This document shows, piece after piece, positions 1 to 10,698 of a DNA stretch of 55,731 bases (within the stretch, counting starts at the first letter, position 1; each line of letters opens with the position of its first letter). The notes below the pieces were generated by a model, which saw nothing but the letters and a program-made list of their open reading frames with translations, ran no database searches and was not told where the DNA came from. A program made the position numbers and the translations under genes. Source of the DNA: Thraustochytrium aureum (lineage: Eukaryota); the NCBI GenBank assembly GCA_012862495.1, contig BLSG01000124.1, positions 21,756-77,486 of the forward strand, written 5' to 3'.

Positions 1-1755
1 CTGCGGCGCATGATGGACCGCTTTTCGTCGGAGAAGCAAGGTCGGCGCGTCAAGTACGCCGCATTCCTGGACTTTGTGGATCCCCAAGGCCAGGCGGGGT
101 CTGCCGCCGGGGACGACCTGTCTGGCGTGGAGGCGCGAATCCGGCACTCGATCCGCTGCGCGGCTTTGGCCTTTGACCGGGACTTGGGGGACTTTGACTC
201 GCAGGCGGCCTTTGCGCTCTTCGACGCGAAGGGCCGCAGCTTTTGCACGCACCAGGAGTTTTTCCAGGGCCTCGAGCGGCTTGGGCTGCAGCTGAGTCCC
301 CAGGAGCGCAAGATGCTCCTCGCGCGGTTCGACCCGCGCGCTGCGGGCAAGGTCGACTTTGCGGCGTTCGTGCGGTTTGCAGGGTTCAGCGAGCTGGAGA
401 TGGACGAGTTGGCGCGCCGGCTGTCCGCTCGTCTGCGCGAAGTGGCTCAAGAGGGCGTGGACCAGAATCTCGTTTTCCAGGTCTTTGATGTGGCCAAGTC
501 GGGCTCCATTTCGCGGCGGGAGTTTCGCGAGGCGGTTCGAACCCTGGGGCTTCCGGTGACGGAGGCCGAGCTGCACGCGCTCATGCGGCGGTTTTCGCAA
601 TTCGACGACCAAGACCAGATTCACTACGGGGACTTTTTGCGGTGGGCCCAGGCGCGCGAGCGTCGCGCTGGCATGCGCGCGCTCGCCGAGGACCTCCAGG
701 TCAAAGACCGCGAGCGCCGCATCAAGATGCGCCGGCAGGGTGGAGGGGCAAAGGCGGCCGGCGTGGAGCCCGAGACGAGGTGGAGGACATGCGGCTCACG
801 GTGAACGGGAGTGGGTACGACGGCCTCGGGGCTCGGCGGAACCGTCGGGTCTCACGGTTTCTTGCGCTCGGCGCTTTTAGAGGCCGCAGACGGCGAGGCT
901 CGCATTGGCTCTCCGCTGAACCGAGTCTCCCGAGCCTCTGCGAGCGGGGCGCTGGACGGCATGAACGCCTGGCTCGAGGGCGGAGCCACTGACGCGGAGC
1001 GCCGAGATTTCCTCAAGCTCGAGCAGTCGCTAGCCGCGTTTGCGCTCGAGAAGAGCCTCGACAAGCGCTCTGCGCGCGGCCGATTGGCGGCGCAGCACTC
1101 TCCTGCTGTTTTCTACGACCATGCTGCCAAGAGCGTTACAAGAGTTGTGGATCACGCGCCGGGCGATGTCGGGTGGAGCAAGCCGGCTGCGAGCCTCGGG
1201 TCGTCGCCGTTCTCTGCGACGTGGTCGCATCCAGCGGACGCTGTGGCCCCGGCACTGTCGCCGACCAACCAAGGCGCCTCTCGGGCGGCGTTGTACGCCG
1301 CCGTGGAGGACTGGCGTGAGCAGTGGGCTGCCGCCACGTTGCCAACCGAGGACGCCGCGCTGAGGACTGTTATCCTCGACACGTTCTATGGCAAAGACGG
1401 CCACCCGCGCGTTCGGTCGAGCAAGGGCAAGAAGCCTGCGAAGGACAAGAAGTCTGCGAAGGGCAAGAAGCGAGCGAGCCGACGACATGAGCGGGGCGGG
1501 GGCTCCAAGGACGGCTCTAGCCTGAGCGGTGCCAGCGAGGGGTCCGTGGAGTGGCGCGACTCGGACTCCGATTCAGAGGCGGGATCGGGACGCAGTCGTC
1601 GAAACAGTCGTCGACGCAATCCAAGCAAGGCGCGCTCGGGCCGCCGTTCGCGCGGCCGCAACGGGCGCCGTTCGAGGTCTGCATCTGCGAGTTCTAGGTC
1701 AAGTCTTTCTGGGTCAGACTCGGACACGGCGAGCGAAGCCAAGTCGAACAGCGAC
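1..1755 (+). CDS. Multi-EF-hand calcium-binding protein with Ser/Arg-rich low-complexity tail (partial at both ends)
   Basis: Frame-1 ORF 10-804 has four EF-hand-like loops: FALFDAKGRSFCTHQEF, RFDPRAAGKVDFAAF, FQVFDVAKSGSISRREF and FSQFDDQDQIHYGDF. Coding-like sequence resumes in the same frame after TGA 802-804 (ORF from 811) and runs into the N gap at 1756. The junction near 770-835 is probably disrupted by indels. Confidence 0.7.
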
Positions 1756-2743
1756 NNNNNNNNNNNNNNNNNNNNNNNNNNNNNNNNNNNNNNNNNNNNN
1801 NNNNNNNNNNNNNNNNNNNNNNNNNNNNNNNNNNNNNNNNNNNNNNNNNNNNNNNNNNNNNNNNNNNNNNNNNNNNNNNNNNNNNNNNNNNNNNNNNNNN
1901 NNNNNNNNNNNNNNNNNNNNNNNNNNNNNNNNNNNNNNNNNNNNNNNNNNNNNNNNNNNNNNNNNNNNNNNNNNNNNNNNNNNNNNNNNNNNNNNNNNNN
2001 NNNNNNNNNNNNNNNNNNNNNNNNNNNNNNNNNNNNNNNNNNNNNNNNNNNNNNNNNNNNNNNNNNNNNNNNNNNNNNNNNNNNNNNNNNNNNNNNNNNN
2101 NNNNNNNNNNNNNNNNNNNNNNNNNNNNNNNNNNNNNNNNNNNNNNNNNNNNNNNNNNNNNNNNNNNNNNNNNNNNNNNNNNNNNNNNNNNNNNNNNNNN
2201 NNNNNNNNNNNNNNNNNNNNNNNNNNNNNNNNNNNNNNNNNNNNNNNNNNNNNNNNNNNNNNNNNNNNNNNNNNNNNNNNNNNNNNNNNNNNNNNNNNNN
2301 NNNNNNNNNNNNNNNNNNNNNNNNNNNNNNNNNNNNNNNNNNNNNNNNNNNNNNNNNNNNNNNNNNNNNNNNNNNNNNNNNNNNNNNNNNNNNNNNNNNN
2401 NNNNNNNNNNNNNNNNNNNNNNNNNNNNNNNNNNNNNNNNNNNNNNNNNNNNNNNNNNNNNNNNNNNNNNNNNNNNNNNNNNNNNNNNNNNNNNNNNNNN
2501 NNNNNNNNNNNNNNNNNNNNNNNNNNNNNNNNNNNNNNNNNNNNNNNNNNNNNNNNNNNNNNNNNNNNNNNNNNNNNNNNNNNNNNNNNNGGTTGTGCTT
2601 TGTGCGTCGTTGGTTTTGCTTTGCGTGGTGGCTTCGTCGCGGTGATGGGGTCGGGCGCGAGGATGGGCTCGACGACGACTGGCGCGGCGGCGAAGCGGCC
2701 CCGCGCCGGAGTGCTGGCGAGGCGGGACGGCGCTGGCAGGAAG

Positions 2744-5308
2744 ATGCGGAGACCGATGGCGGTCGTGGTCGCGGCCGTGGCGGCCGTGAGTGCCGCGGGC
2801 GAGCGGCTCGTGGTCGGGCCAAGGCTGAGCAGCGCCGTCGGGGACCTCTGGGAGCCGGAGGACCTCGTCGGGGAAGGGCCCGACGCGATACTGGTTGGCG
2901 GGGGCTTTCCCAGCGTCGGGGCTAGGTGCGCCGCTGAATGGGTGTATGGCGACGGCGACGGGGAGCTCGCCTTCTCGGGTTGCATCGCCTTGGAGGAGGT
3001 GCAGCCGTTCTTGAAAGGCAGCATGGAGCCGCCGGCCGGGTTCGAGTCGAACTGGTGCTTCACCGGCAAAGACGGCAAGCGCTACGAGGCCGGCAGCACC
3101 GAGTGGATGTATTGCAAGGAGGTGGCGCGGTTCACGACGCCAAGCGGCAAAAGGTGCGCGCACCAGTGGAACTTGTTCAACGCGTACCGTGTCGCGCCCG
3201 GCCGTAGGCGTTCAAAACAGCTGCGTCGCATTCAGCGACTTCTCCCCCCTGCCTGGACAGCGCCAAGGAGTCGAGCAACGTAGAGGGCAAAGCCTGGTGC
3301 TACACGGGGAGCACGGGCGCCTACGACCCACTCGAATCAAACGAAAAGGGCGTTCCCACCGCGAATGCGCGTGACTGGGGCCTTTGCGTCGACGCGCTTT
3401 CGGTGGTCCCCGTCTTGACGGCGCCACCCGCTGGCGCGCCACCCGCCTCAAGCTCCCCCACAGGGGCGCCTACGACCGGGCGCCCACTACTGCAGCGCCT
3501 ACGACCGGGACGCCCACAACTGCAGCGCCTACGACCGCGAGCCCCACGACGGCCGCGCCGACCCTGGGTCCGACGACCAGTGCGCCAACCCGCTCGCCGA
3601 GCGAGCGGCCGACGACGGCCAAGCCCACCGGGTCGCCGTCGAAAGCTCCGGTCCACGACCCCACAGCGACTCCGACCTTTTCGCCGTCCATCCGCCCGTC
3701 CACCCACCCAACGGCTCAGCCGACGAGCGCCCCGTCCGCCAACCCGACCAGACGGCCGACGAGCGCCCCGTCCATCCCCCCCTCGGCGGCGCCGTCGCCA
3801 AGCCCCTCTGCGCGGACGCCAGCGCCGTCAGCGGCGCCGACGACCCGGCCAACGAACAAGCCTTCGTCAAGCCCGACGAGGAAGCCGACAACGAGCCCCT
3901 CCGTGAGGCCGACAGCCAAGCCGACCCGCGCTCCGTCGATGCGGCCGACGAAGAAAACCGCAAAGCCTACGCCGTCCCCGACCCTGAAACCGACAAGGCC
4001 AAGCATTACGAAGAGGCCGACCAGATCGCCAGAGGTCGCGCCGTCCCGAGCGCCGACCAGATCTCCGGTGGAGTCGCCGACAAAAGCGCCGACCAGATCT
4101 CCGGTGGAGTCGCCGACAAAAGCGCCGACGAGCGCTCCGGTGGACTCGCCCACGCCCGCGCCAACGCGTTCGCAGACGTCTCTGCGGCCCACTTTGCGCC
4201 CGAGCGAGTCGCCAACGCCGCGCGCGGCGGACCCGACGGCAAAGCCGTCATCTCCACCGCTAGCGACCGCCGAGCCGACGCCGTCGCCCTCCGAGAAGGC
4301 TGGGGGCAACACGAGCGAGGTGGGCTCCGGGGACGGCTCGGGAACTGCTACCTCGCCGCCAGACGACAGCGATCAGTTTGCGAGCTCGGTCGTGCTGGCG
4401 CTCGTGGCGGCCCTGCTTTTGATCGGGGTGGTGTGCGCTGTCCTGACGCGGTGCCTTCGGCGCGACTACATGGCTATCTTCCCAGTCGCTGTGGCGCTGT
4501 TTGACTTTGTCACAGATGCGCTATTTGCGGTGGACCTGTTCCGCAGCGGGGCCGAGGGATTTGCGTACGCCTGCATCGGGTTTATCGCGATCACAATGGT
4601 CGCCAATTTCATTGCGAGCATCCGTCTGATCAAGTTTTTGCACGAGGACAGTGGTGGCGTGGGCGAGCCCGACAGAGCCACGTTCACCGAGTGGACTCGG
4701 CTAGAGGGGGTCGACAAGGCTCTGGGGGCTTACTTTTTCCTGGCGTGTTCACGCTCGAGTCGTTCCAGCTCAGCGCGTCCAAGATCTTGGGTGGAGGGCC
4801 GTCCTTCTCGGCGCCGCTGACCCAGTTCCAGCGCCGGCTGATTGTGGGCGCTTCGCTGATCAACAACGTGCTGGAGGACATCCCTCAGCTTGTGGTCGTG
4901 CTCGTGTCGCAGCAAGTGCTCAAGCAGCCGTGGAGCAACGTGGCCATTACCAGCTTTTCTATCAGCGCGATCTCGCTCATTTATACATTCACGGCTCGCA
5001 GCAGCACGATCCTGCTCCTCTCGCTCGACGTGCAGAGCCGTCACAAGGCCTCGCGCGGCAGCGATGCAGGGCCATCCGAGACCGGCTTCCTGGGCGGCGG
5101 AGGGGCGGCGCCGCTTGTTCGGAAGCGGCGTTCCAGTGCTGGCATCTCGCCCAACGCGCACGGCCCGGGGAGCGCCGAGTCGCCTGCGGACGAGCTACAG
5201 CGCTACTTTGGCAGTGGTTCCAAAAGCCAGCCTGGCACGGGCAGCACCGACGGATCTGTGAGTCTCAAGATTTCTGACATTGATGACAAGCCCGTTACTG
5301 TTGCATGA
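2744..5308 (+). CDS. Cell-surface multi-pass protein: signal peptide, 2 FN2-like Cys/Trp repeats, Pro/Thr mucin-like stalk, XK-related-like membrane domain (4 frameshifts)
   Basis: Signal-like start MRRPMAVVVAAVAAVSAA. Repeat 1 is RCAAEWVYG..FSGC..NWCF..EWMYC and repeat 2 is RCAHQW..NSC..AWCY..DWGLC. A long PTxxPT stalk follows. The TM region has FDFVTDALF, FSAPL and NNVLEDIPQL. Single-base shifts are needed near 3188, 3247, 3479 and 4743. Confidence 0.7.
3430..4300 (+). repeat. Coding Pro/Thr/Ser-rich repeat region including a perfect 36-nt tandem duplication (4049-4120)
   Basis: PTxxPT/PSxxPT repeats. AGCGCCGACCAGATCTCCGGTGGAGTCGCCGACAAA occurs twice in tandem. Confidence 0.85.
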
Positions 5309-5610
5309 GCGGTCGGGTTGTCAAGTGCAGGCGAGCCAGTGGATGGCGCGCGCCGCAGAGCGTTGGAAGGGGCACGAGTTCGGGCGTCGGGCCGGCCATG
5401 TAAAGTACTGAGAAGCATGTTCAGAATTGAAAAAGTTGAACCCGCTGGCAGCCCCACCAAGATGTGAGCTCCAAGAATGTTAGGTTTGTCGCAGTATCGA
5501 AGCCGGCACCGGGCGTGGAGCCCAACCGCTCGCACAACAAGTCCCGAAGCGTTGCCCTAAACCGCGCGCACGGCAAGTCCCGAAGCCTTGCCCAAAACGC
5601 AGCGCCCACA

Positions 5611-6681
5611 TCAAGCCGGGTTCATCTTCATCGACGCCGTTGGCGAGAGCGCGACGCCCTGCGCCTTGTCGCGGTTGCGTCCCATGTACAAGAGCACGAC
5701 GGAGCGCACGCTTTCCTGCGGCGAATGCAAAAGCTGCACCACAATGTCGTCCAACGAGGCGAAGACTTGCACTGCGACAAGGTTGGTGATCACCTCTGCG
5801 ACAGAGTTGGAGCTGAAAATGATGAACCCGGACAGCGGGAACAGTGACCAGGTCAAAAGCGAATCAGCCCAGATTGCGAAGGCGCGCGACAAAGTAGCCC
5901 AAAACTTGCGCCGCTTTTCCGCCAAAGCAGCGTCTGCCCGGTCCTGGCGGGCGGTCATCAAGCGCAACGGGACACCAAAAACAACAAGGTACACCAGCAG
6001 CAGAGTCGTCGCGAAAAGCGCGACCGTGGCCCGCGCGAGCCCGTAGACCGCGTACTTGAGCAGCGAAAGCTTCGAGATCGTCTCAAGAAGCCTGCCGGTG
6101 GGGGCCACGTGGTCTCCCACGAGGAGCAAGGCAGCATGGCCCATTTCCAACAGGTTGGGGAAGAGCAACGCCGAGGAAAGGACCACAGCGAAGGCCTTGT
6201 ACGAGCACAAGCTCCGTTGGTCGGTGCACTCGGTGGAAAACCCGTCCTCGCTCACCGCCACCGCCACGCCGGCCCAGACAAAGGTGAAGAGCACCGAGCA
6301 CACGATGCCCTTGGTAACCAGCATCTCGTTGCTCAGCAGCAGCTGGCCGGCTTGCTGCAACGAGGGCGGCGCTTCAGTGGTCGGCCCTGCGGTGTCGACA
6401 CGCAGCGAGCCGCTCGCTGGCCCACGCGGCGATTGCCCGCCCGTTACCGGCCGCTGGGTCTTGTGTTCGCTCACGTGCTTTTGCAGCTCGGAGAGGCTTT
6501 CGATGATACTCGAACCGCTGGACTGCCCGACTTGGAGCGGCTGTGTCGGCGTACCAAGCCCCCTCGCGCCCGCCTCGCTCCTTGCCATTGCAAGATGGCC
6601 CGCGCCGGCGCCGCCGCCCTCTGCCTCGTCCTTCCGCCTCTGCTCCGCCTCCTCCGCGACCTGCGAGCGTGGCTTGGCCAT
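5611..6681 (-). CDS. Uncharacterised multi-pass membrane protein
   Basis: Long ORF (5611-6777) with several hydrophobic segments and a C-terminal D..SNSVAEVITNLVAVQVFASLDD motif. The start is uncertain; the first in-frame ATG is at 6681. Confidence 0.55.
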   Translation of the reverse strand: MAKPRSQVAEEAEQRRKDEAEGGGAGAGHLAMARSEAGARGLGTPTQPLQVGQSSGSSIIESLSELQKHVSEHKTQRPVTGGQSPRGPASGSLRVDTAGPTTEAPPSLQQAGQLLLSNEMLVTKGIVCSVLFTFVWAGVAVAVSEDGFSTECTDQRSLCSYKAFAVVLSSALLFPNLLEMGHAALLLVGDHVAPTGRLLETISKLSLLKYAVYGLARATVALFATTLLLVYLVVFGVPLRLMTARQDRADAALAEKRRKFWATLSRAFAIWADSLLTWSLFPLSGFIIFSSNSVAEVITNLVAVQVFASLDDIVVQLLHSPQESVRSVVLLYMGRNRDKAQGVALSPTASMKMNPA

Positions 6682-7116
6682 CGCACGCGCCCTGGCGGAA
6701 GAAGCCAAGGCGCAAGGCCCGCCGTCCGCTAGATGCACTCGGGCGCGCGTGCCGGGCGGCCTCGTCGCCGAACGCACTGCCGCTCAGCGCCACGCTGCCG
6801 AGCGCAGGGCGCCCACGCGCTCTCTCGCCAGCGACCGAGAGAGTTTGTCGATGCCCGCGTCAAAGCCGCTGTCCAACGCGGAAGAGGTCCATGTGTGCGA
6901 CTCGGAAGTGAGGAAGAAGGCCAATGTTGAAGTCCATGTCGCCGAGCGGGCGCGATGGGCGGTGTCGCGTCTGGACGACCGCGGGGTTGGAGTGGTGTGC
7001 GCGTGTACCCGCCCAATGCGGCGGGGCGCCTGGCGCGGATCATCAGAGTTTGGTTTGTGGCAAAGGGCTGAACTGAATGCAGGCAGGCTTGGGTTGTTGG
7101 CGGTCGTCGAGCTAGG

Positions 7117-7896
7117 TCACGTGGAAGGTGCCGGGAGCTTGGCCGCTGGCGCGTCCTCGGGCTTGGCTTCTGGCTTGAGCGGCTCGTCTACGCCGGGCCC
7201 GGTCGTGCCCGGCGCTGGGGCGTCGTCGTTGATGGCGCCGAACGAGGTGGACGGGCCGTTGTCGACAGAGTTGTGGATGCTGGCAAGCGCCTGTTGGACG
7301 CGGCGTTTGTCGGCGAGGTTGCGCTCGAGGATGACCTTGGGGTCCGTCTCGCGCTCGGTGACTGCCACGTCGGTGCGGAGGTACGTGTGCCGCTCGGGGA
7401 AGTCGGGCAGATGGGAGGGCACGTAGCTGGGGTGCTCGCGCCCCTTGCCCGCGTCGCCGCTCTCGCCGAGTCGCGCGCGCTTGAGCGCCGCGACCCACTC
7501 GCTGCCCGCAGCGTGGCCCGCCTCCGCGTCCCGCTTGCTCTCCCCATACGGCGTGCGCCGTTTGCGCCGGTCGACAGGAAACTCGGGCACCCCACTCGTG
7601 TATGGGACCTGCCATGGGACCTCGCGACACATGCGCTCCAGGTTGCGCCAGTCCACGCGGTTGGGCTCGAGCTTTTCAAAGGCCTGCAGCACGTCCAGCA
7701 GGGTGCTTTCCGTGCGCCCGTCGTGCTCGGTGTACCGTCGGGTCAGCCGGCCGATCTTTTCGATGTACTTGCCGACCACTTCGACCAGCAGCTCGAATGC
7801 GTGGCCCTCCGCGGTATCAAAGTTGCCAAAGTCGGCATTCTGGCAAATCTGCGCTACCGCGATGCGCATCACCTGCTGCGCAAACTGCTCGCTCAT
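7117..7896 (-). CDS. TAF8: TFIID subunit 8 (BTP histone-fold + TAF8 C-terminal domain)
   Basis: Histone fold MSEQFAQQVMRIAVAQIC..YIEKIG..HDGRTESTLLDVLQAF, followed by the TAF8 motif HPSYVPSHLPDFPERHTY..DKRRVQQAL. Confidence 0.9.
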   Translation of the reverse strand: MSEQFAQQVMRIAVAQICQNADFGNFDTAEGHAFELLVEVVGKYIEKIGRLTRRYTEHDGRTESTLLDVLQAFEKLEPNRVDWRNLERMCREVPWQVPYTSGVPEFPVDRRKRRTPYGESKRDAEAGHAAGSEWVAALKRARLGESGDAGKGREHPSYVPSHLPDFPERHTYLRTDVAVTERETDPKVILERNLADKRRVQQALASIHNSVDNGPSTSFGAINDDAPAPGTTGPGVDEPLKPEAKPEDAPAAKLPAPST

Positions 7897-8284
7897 CGCG
7901 CTGGGGCCGGCGGAGCGAGCCCGCGCAGCTTCCAGAAACACGCCCACTCCGAGCACGTGTCGCGTGCGGAAACGGAAAAGGTGAAGGGGGCAAGGGGAGC
8001 GTCCGCCCACGAGCACGCAGCGCCTTGCCTCCGCGGCGCAGCTCGCTGATTTGGCGGCGAGATCGACCAAACCACGCCACCCAAACCCGCCCACCAGCCT
8101 TGCCGCCACCGCAGGCAGGCAAGCGTCGTCGCGCCGCACGATGAGCCGGCGGATTCGTCGGCGACTCTGATCGATTCTCCGCTCGCAATGCCGCGGCAGC
8201 ACAGCGCCAGCGCTTTGCTGGTCCGCGCAGCGTCTGCTGCACTGCCAGTCTGATCAGTTTCGACGCCGCCATCCCACCAGCGAG

Positions 8285-8570
8285 CCACGTCACAGTGCAC
8301 CCTCTGTCACGTTCCCGCCGCGCATCTCGATGGGCTCCCTGTGACGCACGCCGCAACCACTTCGAACGCACCTAGCACGTCAGAAAACGTTTTTGTCACG
8401 CAACGGCTCCTTGGCCATTCGTCTTAGGAAGGCCCCTGTCACGCCCAAACCTGCGGGGCCACGCCTGCGAACTGCGGGTCGCCTCTCATCAGCCGCGAGC
8501 ACGCGACGCCCACGTCACCAACGACCCCGCGTCACGAGCACCACCCGTCGCCGAGCGCCTGCTCACGTCA
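8285..8570. promoter_or_regulatory. Cluster of CRE/ATF-like (CGTCA/TGACG) motifs upstream of TAF8
   Basis: Six CGTCA/TGACG sites at about 8288, 8342, 8378, 8513, 8530 and 8566, plus several TGTCACG. A full TGACGTCA palindrome lies at 8835-8842. Confidence 0.5.
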
Positions 8571-9339
8571 GTCACCGCCCGCCTGCGCGCGTTCTGCGAT
8601 GTGCGCAACCCGCCCATGGCGCACACCACCTACTGGCTTTCTTGGGTTGACTCGATTGACTCGCCTCGCACATTTCTTTCCCCTCTTCTCCTCAGGCTGC
8701 TGCTGCCAGCTGCTGCCCTGCCGCTTGCCAAGTGCTGCCGGTGGCAGTGCATTCGGATTCGAAATGAGCGACGTGTCTTCGCTCCTTCGCTTCTCGTGAA
8801 TCAATCAATCATCTTGATCATCAATCGATCGAGTTGACGTCACGGTCACGCTCCCACCCCTCCGCCCACCCGCGACGCGAGCCACGAGCCGCGACCAATC
8901 CTGCCTTGTTGCACGGGCCGCCGCGTCGCGCCCGCTCCGCAGGAGGCTGGCTCGCGTGTTGCTCGACGTTTCGGCCGAGGTGGGCTGCTGCTGNNNNNNN
9001 NNNNNNNNNNNNNNNNNNNNNNNNNNNNNNNNNNNNNNNNNNNNNNNNNNNNNNNNNNNNNNNNNNNNNNNNNNNNNNNNNNNNNNNNNNNNNNNNNNNN
9101 NNNNNNNNNNNNNNNNNNNNNNNNNNNNNNNNNNNNNNNNNNNNNNNNNNNNNNNNNNNNNNNNNNNNNNNNNNNNNNNNNNNNNNNNNNNNNNNNNNNN
9201 NNNNNNNNNNNNNNNNNNNNNNNNNNNNNNNNNNNNNNNNNNNNNNNNNNNNNNNNNNNNNNNNNNNNNNNNNNNNNNNNGGGTTGTGCTGCGTGTTGGG
9301 ACGCGAGGTTCGGGCGAGCCACGCGCCCGTGAGCACGAG

Positions 9340-10187
9340 ATGGCTGCCCTTGCTGCTGCAGAGGAAGGCGGGCTTCGCGACAGGGCTGAGGATGCTGCGA
9401 CGAGGGCGCCCTCTGTGACGAGGCAGTGGCGTCGATGACGTTGGAGTCCGGGGACCGGCGGCCGCGCAGTGAACTGTACCTGCTCGACGCCGGCCTGCAG
9501 GAGAAAGAGGACACCGCGCTCGCGCAAGTGGCTAGCCTGGAGTGCCCAGGCGGCGGGATGTACGTGGCGCCGGACGCGGCGGATGCCGGAGCGAGGGCCG
9601 AGCTCTCGGAGCGGGCCGTCACGCTTGGCCGTGTGGTGTTTGCGCCAATCGGGAAGCGCGAGGCAGTTCCGGAGCGGCCTCACAAGAGCGGCCGGCGCGG
9701 GCACTACATCTCGAGCGACTCTATGGTTGCCTTCCGCGGCATCGCTGGCCTCGACCTCTCGCTGGTCTGGCACATGCTCGTGGTGCCCACGTTCGATCGT
9801 GTTTCGACGGACGCTGGTGACATTGCCATTCGCTGGGTGTTCGATCTTGAGCCGTGCCATGTACCGCTTCTGGAGGAGATGCGGGACCAGGGGCTAGCCT
9901 TTGTCGCCGCGAATAGCGACTACTTTAAGGAGCAATGGGCGGGGAGGGAAAGCGAGCTGCGTGACCGCACCATCGATGAGTGGCTCGAACCGTCCAACAT
10001 TCAAATTGGGTTCCACATCCGGCCGTCCGTCGGGTATCTCCACGTGCACTTGCTTGTCGGCCCCATCACGGAATTCGGCTTCAAGCCCGAGTATAGTGGT
10101 AACTGGATCAGTGTGGAGGCGGTGCTGGTTTGGCTCCGGTCGGGCAGACCGATGAGAGAGGCGCTCGCGAGTGCCTCGGGCTCGTAG
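9340..10187 (+). CDS. HIT-superfamily (DcpS-C/aprataxin/HINT3-like) nucleotide hydrolase
   Basis: HMLVVP..DLEPCHVPLLEEM..IGFHIRPSVGYLHVHLL matches the GFHxxPSxxHxHxH pattern. The main ORF is 9426-10187; using ATG 9340 needs one frameshift near 9415. Confidence 0.75.
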
Positions 10188-10547
10188 CAATAGCGCACGT
10201 GTGGCATTCAATCGGTTGCAACTTGAACTGAAAAACGCTGTTGTTCTTCGCGCATTTTTGCCTTCCAATGTCGTCGGTTTGCAGCGGCGCGCGCCAGAGG
10301 GGAATCTTGTGGGCCACTTGCGCGGGTTTTGCGTTGCTCAAGTCAAAGTCGGGAAGGCGCTGGGTTGAAATAAATAGCAAACATGCGCTTTTTTGAGATT
10401 CCTCGAGCGGTAGACCATTGATGAAACGAACGGAGCATCGCTCGCGCTCGTGCACGGTTGGCAGAGCAAGCAAAACAGCCAAACACATCCGCAGCCAAGG
10501 CTGCCAGAGCAATAAATAAAACAGGGCTCCTCACAGCGAAGGCAGAC

Positions 10548-10698
10548 AGGCGCGGCTCTCCAGCTAGAAGCGACGCGGCTCAGGCAAAGCGACGCGGCCC
10601 TCCAGCTAGCAAAAGCGACGCGGCCCTCCCGCTAGCAAAACGCGACGCGGCTCAGGAAAAGCGACGCGGCCCTCCAGCTAGCGGCTCAGGAAAAGCTC
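10548..10698. repeat. Degenerate minisatellite (AAGCGACGCGGC-based units)
   Basis: Recurring AAGCGACGCGGCCCTCCAGCTAGC and GCGACGCGGCTCAGG units. Confidence 0.75.

Noticed and set aside
802..804. In-frame TGA as selenocysteine or readthrough in the EF-hand gene
   Set aside because: An alternative frame (EVEDMRLTVNGSGYDGLG) spans the site, and indels are frequent in this assembly. There is no redox motif and no SECIS was identified.
6056..7426. Long antisense or alternative-frame ORFs (e.g. 6056-7426, 22337-23317, 44609-45811, 52538-54484)
   Set aside because: They shadow real genes on the opposite strand in GC-rich DNA, are Arg/Ala/Pro-rich and have no motifs. Several are extended artificially by N runs.
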